Shown: one piece after another, positions 33,578 through 42,715 of the stretch
Layout of the letters: each line of letters begins with the position of its first letter
How positions within the stretch are numbered: the stretch's first letter is position 1
Made by a program: the position numbers and the translations under genes
Notes under the pieces: generated by a model
Told to the model about the DNA's origin: nothing
Seen by the model: only the letters and a program-made list of their open reading frames with translations
Databases searched by the model: none
Assembly: GCA_028706195.1 (NCBI GenBank)
Contig: JAQWBU010000002.1
Span: 1 to 46,650, forward strand
Direction of reading: 5' to 3'
Source of the DNA: Eubacteriales bacterium
GTDB taxonomy: Bacteria; Bacillota; Clostridia; Saccharofermentanales; DTU023
Length of the DNA: 46,650 nucleotides

Positions 33578-33982
33578 CTTATTCTCAAGAGAAAAAAGAA
33601 AATCTATTCACTCAATAAATAAATATAAATTAACTCCGATTCGGATTTGAATCATTTTCAACGTACTTATGTTCGATATTTGCCCTACAAACAGTAAATA
33701 TTGTTAATAGTGTTAATAAGTTTGTGTATAACTCATGAGACAAGGCTTTGCCGCCTTTTTGTGCGTGAAACGCTTATTTTACAGTATCTTAACAATTCCG
33801 TAATATTACTTACAAACCGCAGAAATGTTTGACAATTCCCTGTAAGCCCTATTGTTAGTTTGTTTCCACGAATGAATACGATCTCCTCTTTTATGCATTG
33901 TCCGCCGCCTGCGGACGGGTCTGAAAGTCATCATGACAACTTGATTTCTTTGCAAGTAATCTTGTATAGCTATTAGCAAATT

Positions 33983-35206
33983 TTAATAATAGTTGTAAAG
34001 GGTGCACGCGATGGAACCATTGTATAATTTTCTTGTTTTCTTTGCTTTCAAAGCAAAGTCACTTTCAAAATGTTCTTCAGCTGTGATCAGTGATAAGGAA
34101 ATTCTGGATTTTTGTTCGCGCAGGGGTTGCGCCAGCCAGCGTCCAAGCCTTACAACCATTGCACGAGCCTCATCTGCGTCCTGCATTCTTTCGCCGTAAG
34201 GGGGATTAGCCAGAAAGAGAATTTCTCGGCCTCCTGTTTGCTCTAATACTTCAGCAAGATCCAGATTGGTGCTGTCTCGTCTTTCAAAATTAATGAGTTC
34301 CTCTACCTGGGCAGAGCGGGCATTCGCCTTGGCGTGCTCCAGAGCTTGTCCATCAATATCAAGTGCCCAGAAACGGGATGTATCCTTAAGGTCAATGATG
34401 GGGTCTCTGTTCTTGACTAATCGGCGCTGCTCCTTGAAAGTGTGCGCACCAATTGATTCAAGCTCCTCTGCTGCGAAAGTGCGCAATCTTCCGGGTGCGA
34501 GGTCCAGTGCAATCTGGGCCGCTTCAATAATCAATGTTCCGGAACCTGTAAACAGATCGATCACTACGCCATCATGACGCAGAACGTTCGTTAGATAAGA
34601 GTATTCCAGAAGAGCAGCAGCTGTTGTCTCGCGCAAAGGAGCAAGATTGCTTTTCTTGCGATAAGAACGTTTGTGCAGCGGCTCACCACTGGTATCAATC
34701 ATTAAAGACAGAACATCGTCCACCAGACTGAATTGTATTTCGTGCTCACCTTTGGCAGGGTTTTCACTTAAGGTGGAATTTTCCGGCATTCCCTGGGCTG
34801 ACAAAAGTGATACAACCATCGCCTTCTTGATTACACGCTGACAAGCCGGCACGCTGCTTAATAAGGAATTGCGACTGTAGCCGCTCACAGTAAAGGCAGA
34901 GCCTCTGTTGAGGTAACTGTGCCACGGGACGCTGCGAACCGCTTCAAATAACTGATCAAAATCCTTGACCTGAGCAGAAGCCACCTGCAGCAGAACTCTC
35001 TCAGCTACGCGGCTGCTGAGGTTGAAGAAAGCAACATCTGCGGGAAACTTTTCACGATTTGTTGGAATAAGGGCACGGCCATCGCTCAGGCTAAATGATT
35101 TTTTGTCCAGGCCCAGTTTCTGCAATTCATTGGATAGCGCTCGTTCATTGCCAAACAATACCGGCAATACCAGAGCGAGACTATTGTTATTATTTTTAAA
35201 CGACAT
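33983..35206 (-). CDS. THUMP-domain class I SAM-dependent RNA methyltransferase (RlmL/YpsC-like)
   Basis: 407 aa. N-terminal THUMP region, SAM motif DLFTGSGTL, and catalytic NPPYGERM motif. GAGGAG RBS. Confidence 0.88.
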   Translation of the reverse strand: MSFKNNNNSLALVLPVLFGNERALSNELQKLGLDKKSFSLSDGRALIPTNREKFPADVAFFNLSSRVAERVLLQVASAQVKDFDQLFEAVRSVPWHSYLNRGSAFTVSGYSRNSLLSSVPACQRVIKKAMVVSLLSAQGMPENSTLSENPAKGEHEIQFSLVDDVLSLMIDTSGEPLHKRSYRKKSNLAPLRETTAAALLEYSYLTNVLRHDGVVIDLFTGSGTLIIEAAQIALDLAPGRLRTFAAEELESIGAHTFKEQRRLVKNRDPIIDLKDTSRFWALDIDGQALEHAKANARSAQVEELINFERRDSTNLDLAEVLEQTGGREILFLANPPYGERMQDADEARAMVVRLGRWLAQPLREQKSRISLSLITAEEHFESDFALKAKKTRKLYNGSIACTLYNYY

Positions 35207-35512
35207 CTTTACTCCTCTATAAGATTAGATTTACATGGCTAAAGCTTAGTCTATATGCTCCAGTACATTTTAGCAGTATATCGGCCCATGAAACCTGTAC
35301 ATATAAATTCACAATATTTGTATATATTTCTAATTTAAACTTCGCGCATCAATGCATTACGACATTAGTTTTCTATTCATAGACAAGAAAATTACTCACC
35401 TTTGTGACATGGCATTGAATTAGGTCAATAAGGCAAAATGCAAATGATCCCTATATTTGAACATTACAGACCTTTATTATCTTTTATGTAATTAGGTAAA
35501 GACAGCAAGACC

Positions 35513-35541
35513 TTGAATATATCCAATTATACTTGTGCAAT
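35513..35541 (+). promoter_or_regulatory. Putative promoter of the BMP/ABC transporter operon
   Basis: TTGAAT (35513-35518), 17 nt, TGCAAT (35536-35541). Confidence 0.35.
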
Positions 35542-35663
35542 ACATCTACAGATATTCATACTTTTATGAAATAGTTATAGAGTTGTTATGAAAGATTTCC
35601 TATGCTAACATTACTTTAATTCAACCGCAAATTTATGCGGGGAAACAGGAGGAAAGTAGAAAA

Positions 35664-36839
35664 ATGAAAAAATGGTTAGCAATTATTCTAAGCTTAGTCA
35701 TGATCTTCTCATTATTCGCTGCTTGCGCACCAAGCGAAGATCCTGATCCAACCGACGCACCGAAAACAACTGATCCGGTTGACGAACCAACAGAACCTGT
35801 GGATCCAAGTGGCGAGCTCACCCTTGAGAATATCAAGGTTGGCTTTGTTCACATAACGGATCCCAGTGACCAGGGCTATACCTACAACCATAACCGTGGT
35901 ACTGAGAAGATGGTCGAAGTATTAGGCTTACGTGAAGACCAGGTTATCAATAAGTTCAACATCCCTGAGACATCAGAGTGCGAAAACGCATTACGTGAAC
36001 TTGTTGAACAAGGCTGCAACATCATTTTCGCGACCAGCTTTGGTCACGAGCAATTCGTCCTCAAAGTAGCCGAAGAGCATCCGGAAGTTGAATTCTGCCA
36101 CGCTACAGGCTATCAAGCCGGAATGAGCGGCCTGGACAACATGCACAACTACTTCGGTTCAATTTATGAAGCACGTTACCTCTCCGGTATCGCAGCCGGA
36201 CTGAAAACTGAAAGCAATAAATTAGGTTACGTAGCTGCACAGCCTTTCGCAGAATGCATCTCCGGTTTTACCGGTTTCTATCTTGGCGCTTTGAGCGTAA
36301 ACCCGGATGTGACGATGGAAGTAAAATACACATACAGCTGGCATGACCCCGTTAAGGAAGCACAGATGGCTCAAGCACTCATTGACTCAGGCGCTGACGT
36401 TATCGGGCAGCATGCCGACTCAACAGCATGTGCTACAACAGCACAGCAAAATGGTGTTTTCCACGTTGGTTACAATGCCGATATGCGCGATGCCGCCCCG
36501 GATGCTTCTCTGACATCCGCTGTCTGGGATTGGTCTATTTATCTGCAATTCGCAATTGAAACTCTGGTAGCCGGCGAAGAAATCCCTACCGACTGGAGCC
36601 AGGGTTTAGCCGAAGGCGCGGTGGACATTTCTCCTTTGAACGAGAGCATAGTTGCAGAAGGCACTGCCGAAGCAATCGAAGAAGCTCGTGAGCGCATTGT
36701 TGGTGGCTGGGGCGTATTTTCCGGCCCCTTGCGCAATAACGAAGGCGAGATTGTGGTTGAAGAGGGCGAAACCTTCATCGAGCCCGCTTCTGCACCTTCA
36801 TGGGAACACATTCTTGAAGGAATTACAGTAACAGAATAA
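35664..36839 (+). CDS. BMP-family (PnrA/Med-like) ABC substrate-binding lipoprotein, probable nucleoside binder
   Basis: 391 aa. Lipobox LFAAC, an Asp/Pro/Thr-rich tether, and then a BMP-like fold (GFVHITDPSDQGYTYNH...FATSFGH...GYVAAQP). AGGAGG RBS. Confidence 0.85.
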   Translation: MKKWLAIILSLVMIFSLFAACAPSEDPDPTDAPKTTDPVDEPTEPVDPSGELTLENIKVGFVHITDPSDQGYTYNHNRGTEKMVEVLGLREDQVINKFNIPETSECENALRELVEQGCNIIFATSFGHEQFVLKVAEEHPEVEFCHATGYQAGMSGLDNMHNYFGSIYEARYLSGIAAGLKTESNKLGYVAAQPFAECISGFTGFYLGALSVNPDVTMEVKYTYSWHDPVKEAQMAQALIDSGADVIGQHADSTACATTAQQNGVFHVGYNADMRDAAPDASLTSAVWDWSIYLQFAIETLVAGEEIPTDWSQGLAEGAVDISPLNESIVAEGTAEAIEEARERIVGGWGVFSGPLRNNEGEIVVEEGETFIEPASAPSWEHILEGITVTE

Positions 36840-36878
36840 TTAAGCATCTATCTTGTGCTTTAATTAATCTGGAACTAG

Positions 36879-36906
36879 CTAAGGCGCGTCGACTGACGCG
36901 CCTTAG
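36879..36906 (+). other. GC-rich 12-bp stem-loop without U-tract after the binding-protein gene
   Basis: CTAAGGCGCGTC-GACT-GACGCGCCTTAG, perfect complementarity. Confidence 0.8.
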
Positions 36907-36910
36907 GCAA

Positions 36911-36951
36911 AGCTCGCCGAAGTAAATAAATATGCTCGGCGCGCTTTTTTT
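36911..36951 (+). terminator. Intrinsic (probably partial) terminator between the SBP and ATPase genes
   Basis: AGCTCGCCGA pairs with TCGGCGCGCT (10 bp, 1 mismatch) around a 15-nt loop, followed by TTTTTTT. Confidence 0.65.
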
Positions 36952-36987
36952 AATGATAATTAATCTGTTTTTGAGGAGGATACGAAT

Positions 36988-38556
36988 TTGACAAGCCAAG
37001 AAAAACATGTCGAGAATGTTGTCGAAATGCGTCACATCTCCAAATCTTTCGGCACGGTCCAGGCACTCAAAGATGTCCATCTGGACTTGCGCAAAGGGGA
37101 GATACTTTCTCTTCTGGGAGAAAACGGGAGTGGCAAGACAACTCTTATGAATACCTTGGCAGGTATTTATTTCCCGGATGAGGGCACAATAGCGGTAAAT
37201 GGTCAGACTGTAGCTATTTGCAACCCCAATGATGCTTTTAGTCTAAAGATTGGAATGGTACATCAACATTTCAAGCTGATTGACGTATTTACAGCAGCGG
37301 AAAATGTTGTGTTGGGATTAGACGGCAGCGTGACAATAAATCGCAGTAAATTATCAGCAGGCGTGAAGGAAATCATTAACCGCTACGGGTTTAAACTTGA
37401 TCCTGACAAAAAGGTCTACAACATGTCAGTATCAGAAAAACAAACTGTTGAAATTATCAAAGCCTTATACCGCGGAGCAGAAATCTTAATTTTAGATGAG
37501 CCTTCTGCTGTTTTGACTCCACAAGAAACAGAAACACTTTTTGATATCATGCGCACAATGCGTGACGACGGAAAATCCATCATTCTGATAACTCACAAAT
37601 TACAGGAGGTTCTTGATGTCTCAGACCGGGTTACTGTTTTGCGCCGCGGTGAATACATTGACACTTTGGAAACTATAGATGCAACGGTACAATCTCTAAC
37701 AGACATGATGGTCGGACGTTCTGTAACTCTTGATATTGATCGACCGTATTTTCCTGAGGAAGAGAAAAAAGAAATCCTCAAGGTTGAAGACTTAACGACT
37801 CTTACACCGGATAGACATCGTAAAACTCTCGATAATGTGAATTTTTCAGCTTACTCCGGCGAGATATTGGGAATTGCAGGTATATCTGGAAGTGGACAGC
37901 GTGAATTATGTGAGGCTATCGCTGGCCTCTACCCAGTCGAAAGTGGTTCCATAATCTATGAATGTGTGGCTTCAGGAAGCCCGGTGAAAGAAGAACTTGT
38001 TGGCAAGAAGCCAAACGATATTGCTAATTGCGGTGTTTCAATGGCTTTTGTTCCTGAAGATCGCTTTGGCATGGGTCTGGCTCCTTCTCTTGATATGGTC
38101 GACAACGTAATGTTGAAAAGCTACAAAAATGCGAGAGGTCCGCTGGTTGATCGGGAAACTCCAAGAAAAGTCTCGGTACAAATGGTAGAAGATCTTTCGA
38201 TCGTAACGCCGAACGTGTATACACCTGTCAGGCGGCTTTCAGGCGGTAATGTTCAGAAAGTTCTGGTAGGCCGTGAAATCCACTCGCAACCGCGTTTGCT
38301 TATTACTGCGTATCCGGTAAGAGGACTTGATATCAATTCATCACACACAATCTATGACCTTATAAATGAGCAAAAAATGAAAGGCGTAGCTGTAATATAT
38401 ATCGGTGAAGATCTGGACGTTTTGATGCAGATTTCTGATCGTCTCCTCGTCATGAACAATGGCAAGGTCACCGGAATTGTCGACCCTCGCGAAACAGATA
38501 AGAACGAAGTCGGTCTGATGATGTTGGGTACTATGAAGGGAGAGATTTCAGCATGA
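36988..38556 (+). CDS. ABC transporter ATP-binding protein (duplicated ATPase; sugar/nucleoside CUT2 type)
   Basis: 522 aa. First cassette has GENGSGKTT, VSEKQ and ILILDEP. The second cassette has a degenerate Walker A GISGSGQRE and the signature LSGGNVQK. TTG start has GAGGAGG 8 nt upstream. Confidence 0.9.
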   Translation: MTSQEKHVENVVEMRHISKSFGTVQALKDVHLDLRKGEILSLLGENGSGKTTLMNTLAGIYFPDEGTIAVNGQTVAICNPNDAFSLKIGMVHQHFKLIDVFTAAENVVLGLDGSVTINRSKLSAGVKEIINRYGFKLDPDKKVYNMSVSEKQTVEIIKALYRGAEILILDEPSAVLTPQETETLFDIMRTMRDDGKSIILITHKLQEVLDVSDRVTVLRRGEYIDTLETIDATVQSLTDMMVGRSVTLDIDRPYFPEEEKKEILKVEDLTTLTPDRHRKTLDNVNFSAYSGEILGIAGISGSGQRELCEAIAGLYPVESGSIIYECVASGSPVKEELVGKKPNDIANCGVSMAFVPEDRFGMGLAPSLDMVDNVMLKSYKNARGPLVDRETPRKVSVQMVEDLSIVTPNVYTPVRRLSGGNVQKVLVGREIHSQPRLLITAYPVRGLDINSSHTIYDLINEQKMKGVAVIYIGEDLDVLMQISDRLLVMNNGKVTGIVDPRETDKNEVGLMMLGTMKGEISA

Positions 38557-39722
38557 AAGATTTAAAAAATAATTTGCACGCTCCTGATCAAGGTGCTTCC
38601 GGCAGCACAGACATTGAAACAGATGCGCTTGCATGTAAACTAAAACAGCCACTTGTGCGAATTACCAAACGTGAACATGCCTCACTCGGGTACAAAGTTT
38701 TTGTGATTCTAGCCTGTCTGCTACTCGCTTTACTTACTGGTGCCTTGCTTTTCCTGGCAATCGGGAAAAATCCTCTTGAAGCGTATAAGACAATACTGAC
38801 GGGTTCATTTGGAACTGCAACCACTTTCAGACAAACGATTATGATCTGGATCCCCCTCTTGGTAACCGGTCTGGCAGTTGGTATGGCCTTTAGGATGAAA
38901 TTCTGGAATATCGGTGGAGAAGGCCAGATCCTAATGGGCGGAATCGCTGCAACCTCTATGGTCATTTATACAGGATTATCCGGGACCCCTCTCTTAATTC
39001 TGATGGCAGTCGCAGCCTTGATTGGCGGAGGAATTTTCGCAGCTGTTCCCGGTTTTTTCAAAGCCAAATGGGGCACAAATGAGACCCTGTTCACCTTGAT
39101 GCTCAACTATATAGCAATCAATTTATTGACATTCTTGCAACATCAAAAAGCCTGGCAAGCTTCGGGATCCAGTTTCCCGATTGTAAAAGATATTAGTGAC
39201 CGTGCCGCCCTGCCAACTGTATTCAACATTCACATCGGCTGGATCTTCGCCCTGGTGTTAGCTGTCCTGGTTTATTTCTATCTGAATAAAACCAAGCAGG
39301 GATATGAAATTGCTGTAGTAGGTGACTCCATAAACACTGCCCGTTATGCCGGCATGAATACAAACAAAATTCAAGTACGCACTGTCGCTTTATCCGGAGC
39401 TCTCTGCGGCTTCGTTGGCTATATGCAGGTTGCCGGCGCTGATGGCACTTTGACCCAAAGCACATCAGGCGGAGTAGGCTTTACAGCTATTACAGTAGCC
39501 TGGTTAGCAAAACTGAACCCCTTCGCAATGATAGTTGTTGCAATGTTTATCGCAGTCCTTCAAAGAGGTTCTCTGGCTATTCAATCACAAATGCGCATAC
39601 CCGCATCAGCTGCAGACCTGCTTACCGGCTTGATCCTTTTCTTCATGCTGGCAACAGATTTCTTCATCGAGTACAAGCTGATATTCCGTGGCCGTTCAAG
39701 AACACTAGAGGAAGAGGTGTAA
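38553..39722 (+). CDS. ABC transporter permease
   Basis: 389 aa polytopic membrane protein. ATGA overlap with the ATPase gene. Typical BMP-system permease layout. Confidence 0.88.
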   Translation: MKDLKNNLHAPDQGASGSTDIETDALACKLKQPLVRITKREHASLGYKVFVILACLLLALLTGALLFLAIGKNPLEAYKTILTGSFGTATTFRQTIMIWIPLLVTGLAVGMAFRMKFWNIGGEGQILMGGIAATSMVIYTGLSGTPLLILMAVAALIGGGIFAAVPGFFKAKWGTNETLFTLMLNYIAINLLTFLQHQKAWQASGSSFPIVKDISDRAALPTVFNIHIGWIFALVLAVLVYFYLNKTKQGYEIAVVGDSINTARYAGMNTNKIQVRTVALSGALCGFVGYMQVAGADGTLTQSTSGGVGFTAITVAWLAKLNPFAMIVVAMFIAVLQRGSLAIQSQMRIPASAADLLTGLILFFMLATDFFIEYKLIFRGRSRTLEEEV

Positions 39723-39725
39723 AGT

Positions 39726-40697
39726 ATGCAAACCTTAATTAACCTGATAAACGCAGCGGTTCGATCCGGGACGCCACTATTATTGGCGACCAGCGGCGAG
39801 ATACTTACAGAGAAATCGGGCAACCTCAACCTTGGTGTCGAAGGCATCATGTACATGGGTGCTATAGGCGGTTTAGGTTCTGCCTGGTACTTTGAGCAAG
39901 CATTTGGCAGCGGCATACTTGCAGCTATTGTCTGCTTTGTCGTCGCTTTCCTGCTGGGAATGCTGGGTTCTTTGATTTACTCAATTCTGACTATTACATT
40001 GCGAGCGAACCAAAACGTCACAGGTCTTACTCTGACAATCTTCGGAACAGGTTTTGCCAAATATTTTGGCGAACATATGGGCAACCAGGCTGGCGGTTAT
40101 GTAGCAGTTTCAAAACAGACAACAGGCATTTTTACATATGCGCCGTTTGCCTCTTTGGCAGACATACCGGTCGTAGGGCCACTCTTGTTCAGCTACAACT
40201 GGATGGTTTATGTAGCTATCATTTTCGCACTCATTATGGGATGGTTTTTGAACAGAACCAGAAAAGGCCTGATGTTACGTTCCGTTGGCGAAGATCCCGC
40301 TACTGCAGACACCGCCGGCATCAGCGTCACACGCTATCGTTATGGAGCTACACTAATCGGTGGCGGCTTAGGTGGTTTGGGTGGTATGTATATGGCCATG
40401 GTCGGCCAGAATGGCATCTGGGCCACTGACTGTGTTTCAGGCTATGGCTGGCTGGCAATCGCTCTGGTTATCTTTGCCACCTGGAGTCCGCTGCGTGCAA
40501 TTTATTGCGCTATTATCTTTGGCGGGCTTGACGTTATGTATATGTACTATCCGATTAAAGGTCTGCCTACTCAGATTTACATCATGCTGCCCTACGCAGT
40601 TACTATCCTGGTTCTTATTTTCACCAGTATGAGACAAAGCAAGGAACACAATATCCCAGCCGGTACGGGCTTGAATTATTTCCGTGAAGATCGGTGA
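39726..40697 (+). CDS. ABC transporter permease (second subunit)
   Basis: 323 aa polytopic membrane protein, starting 3 nt after the previous permease. Confidence 0.88.
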   Translation: MQTLINLINAAVRSGTPLLLATSGEILTEKSGNLNLGVEGIMYMGAIGGLGSAWYFEQAFGSGILAAIVCFVVAFLLGMLGSLIYSILTITLRANQNVTGLTLTIFGTGFAKYFGEHMGNQAGGYVAVSKQTTGIFTYAPFASLADIPVVGPLLFSYNWMVYVAIIFALIMGWFLNRTRKGLMLRSVGEDPATADTAGISVTRYRYGATLIGGGLGGLGGMYMAMVGQNGIWATDCVSGYGWLAIALVIFATWSPLRAIYCAIIFGGLDVMYMYYPIKGLPTQIYIMLPYAVTILVLIFTSMRQSKEHNIPAGTGLNYFREDR

Positions 40698-40742
40698 TCA
40701 TGATACATTCGCTCTAATACGCTAGAATATAAATAGAATTTT

Positions 40743-40773
40743 ATCCCGTCTCTGCACAATGCAGAGACGGGAT
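40743..40773 (+). terminator. 14-bp perfect stem-loop after the transporter operon (no U-tract)
   Basis: ATCCCGTCTCTGCA-CAA-TGCAGAGACGGGAT. It lies 13 nt upstream of the lpdA RBS. Confidence 0.4.
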
Positions 40774-40797
40774 CTAGCGTAGTAAAGGAGAATGGTA

Positions 40798-42162
40798 ATG
40801 TATGATGTTTTGATTATTGGTGGAGGCCCCGGTGGTTACATCGCAGCCGAACGTGCCGGTCAGGCGGGTCTCAAAGTCGCTTTATTTGAAAAGAATTCAC
40901 TTGGCGGGGTCTGCCTGAACGAAGGCTGCATTCCCTCCAAAGCACTCTTGAACTCTTCCAAACTTTACAGTCATGCCAAGGACAGCAGCGCTTTCGGTAT
41001 CACATCCGAGAATGTCTCTTTTGATCCGTCCAGAGTAATTAAACGCAAGAGAAAAGTTGTAAAAAAGCTGGTAGCAGGCGTTGCTCAGGCTATGAAAACT
41101 TCTGATGTGGATGTAATTGCCTCTGAAGCAGAAATTGAGACTGCTGCTGCTGATCACTTCGTAGTATCGGCTGGCGGCGAATCCTTCTCAGGCAAAAATC
41201 TGATTATAGCGACAGGTTCTGAACCTCTGGTACCTCCTATTGAAGGGGTCAGGGAACACTTAGGCTCAAACGTGATCACAAATCGTGAAATTCTTGAGCT
41301 GGAAGACGTTCCGGAAAAACTTGTCGTCATTGGCGGCGGCGTCATTGGTCTGGAAATGGCCTGCTACTACCAGACAGTTGGCAGTCAGGTGACCGTAATC
41401 GAAATGCTGGATCATATTGCCGGAAATATCGACCCCGAAATCGGCAAACGTCTGCAGGCAGTTTACGAAAAACAGGGCATGAAATTTCATCTGAATGCCA
41501 GAGTCATGTCCGTGTCCGGAAATGACGTCACCTTCGAACAGGACGGAGAAACACATACTGTTACTGGTGACAAAATCCTGCTCTCCACCGGGCGCAGACC
41601 GGTTACGCAGGGCTACGGACTGGAAAAACTTGGTGTGGAAGTCGAACGAGGTGCCATTGTTGTAAACGATAAATGTGAAACTTCTGTACCTCACGTTTAT
41701 GCAGTCGGTGACGTTGTGGGTGGCTATATGCTGGCGCATGTTGCCTACCGCGAAGGCGAAGTCGCAGTCAATAATATCCTAAACATTAATGACCGCATGA
41801 GCACTGCAGCCATTCCTTCGGTTATTTATACTGATCCCGAAGTAGCCTGGGTAGGCAAAAGCGAACAGGAAATGGAGTCTTTGGGCCGTGAATCAAAGGT
41901 CGTAGAATTGCCAATGTCCTTCGCCGGACGTTATGTTGCGGAAACTGAACGAGGAAACGGTATTTGCAAGGTGATTCTCGACGCAAAGACAAACACTCTG
42001 GCAGGAGTACACATAATGAGCCAATACGCTTCTGAAATTATTTTGGCCTGTGGTGTCATGATCGAAGAAGAGATGACATTAGAGGAGATGCAAAAAATAA
42101 TCTTCCCTCACCCGACAGTGGGAGAAATAGTCAGGGAAGCCCTCTTCAAGTTTGAAAATTAA
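40798..42162 (+). CDS. lpdA: Dihydrolipoyl dehydrogenase (E3)
   Basis: The second ATG (40798) has AAAGGAG at 7-nt spacing. FAD motif IIGGGPGGY, redox-active disulfide GGVCLNEGCIPSK, NAD motif VIGGGVIGLE, and C-terminal HPT motif. Confidence 0.93.
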   Translation: MYDVLIIGGGPGGYIAAERAGQAGLKVALFEKNSLGGVCLNEGCIPSKALLNSSKLYSHAKDSSAFGITSENVSFDPSRVIKRKRKVVKKLVAGVAQAMKTSDVDVIASEAEIETAAADHFVVSAGGESFSGKNLIIATGSEPLVPPIEGVREHLGSNVITNREILELEDVPEKLVVIGGGVIGLEMACYYQTVGSQVTVIEMLDHIAGNIDPEIGKRLQAVYEKQGMKFHLNARVMSVSGNDVTFEQDGETHTVTGDKILLSTGRRPVTQGYGLEKLGVEVERGAIVVNDKCETSVPHVYAVGDVVGGYMLAHVAYREGEVAVNNILNINDRMSTAAIPSVIYTDPEVAWVGKSEQEMESLGRESKVVELPMSFAGRYVAETERGNGICKVILDAKTNTLAGVHIMSQYASEIILACGVMIEEEMTLEEMQKIIFPHPTVGEIVREALFKFEN

Positions 42163-42238
42163 CTGAAATGTGAAATACAGTTGTGCAAGGCTATGCTAAA
42201 CTGAAAAAAATCGGATACAAGACAAAGGAGACACACGC

Positions 42239-42619
42239 ATGAAACGTGAAATTATTAAAACAGATGCTGCCCCGGCAGCCATTGGACCATATTCACAGGC
42301 AGTAACGGCCGACAATCTCGTTTTCATTTCTGGACAGCTGGGGATTGATCCTGCAACAGGTGAAATGCCAGAGTCAGTAGCAGATCAAACAAAGCTGGCT
42401 TTAAATAATCTGGATGCGATTCTGACCGCAGCCGGATCGTCGGCAGCTGATGTTGTCAAAACAACCGTCCTCCTGGCAGATATGGGTGACTTCGCGCTGG
42501 TAAATGAGCTATACGGCAATTACTTCCCCAGCCCTTATCCGGCCCGAGCTTGTTTTGCGGTCAAAACATTGCCGAAAAATGGCAAGGTTGAGATCGAATG
42601 TGTCGCTATCCGCAGATAA
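42239..42619 (+). CDS. ridA: RidA/YjgF-family reactive intermediate deaminase
   Basis: 126 aa. APAAIGPYSQA...ISGQLG...PARACFAVKTLPKNGKVEIE is canonical. Confidence 0.93.
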   Translation: MKREIIKTDAAPAAIGPYSQAVTADNLVFISGQLGIDPATGEMPESVADQTKLALNNLDAILTAAGSSAADVVKTTVLLADMGDFALVNELYGNYFPSPYPARACFAVKTLPKNGKVEIECVAIRR

Positions 42620-42642
42620 GGATTTGCGTAAACAGCCTTTCT

Positions 42643-42680
42643 AAAGCCTGCCGCTAAATAGAAAGCAGCAGGCTTTTTTC
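42643..42680 (+). terminator. Intrinsic terminator after ridA
   Basis: AAAGCCTGC pairs with GCAGGCTTT, with 3 further bp, followed by TTTT. Confidence 0.75.
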
Positions 42681-42715
42681 GATAAGATAATATTCTCACA
42701 GGCAGGTGGCAGCTC

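Noticed and set aside
33806-33934. 42-codon Arg-rich minus-strand sORF (MMTFRPVRRRRTMHKRGDRIHSW...), whose first ~18 aa loosely resemble ribosomal protein L34
   Set aside because: - There is no Shine-Dalgarno sequence upstream.
- The resemblance needs indels and disappears after residue ~20.
- rpmH normally sits beside rnpA/dnaA.
- It is most likely a chance frame in the AT-rich spacer.

A tblastn conservation check would settle it.
35207-35663. Possible purine, nucleoside or other riboswitch in the 457-nt region upstream of the BMP/ABC transporter
   Set aside because: The region is very AT-rich. It has no conserved purine-riboswitch core and no GC-rich multi-helix junction. Only a 5-bp hairpin (CCGCA/TGCGG) sits next to the RBS. 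I treated it as a promoter/UTR region. An Infernal/Rfam scan would be decisive.
42620-42715. Possible M-box (Mg) riboswitch upstream of mgtE
   Set aside because: Only about 95 nt are available, and most of that is occupied by the ridA terminator. An M-box needs about 160 nt with conserved helices, which I did not see.
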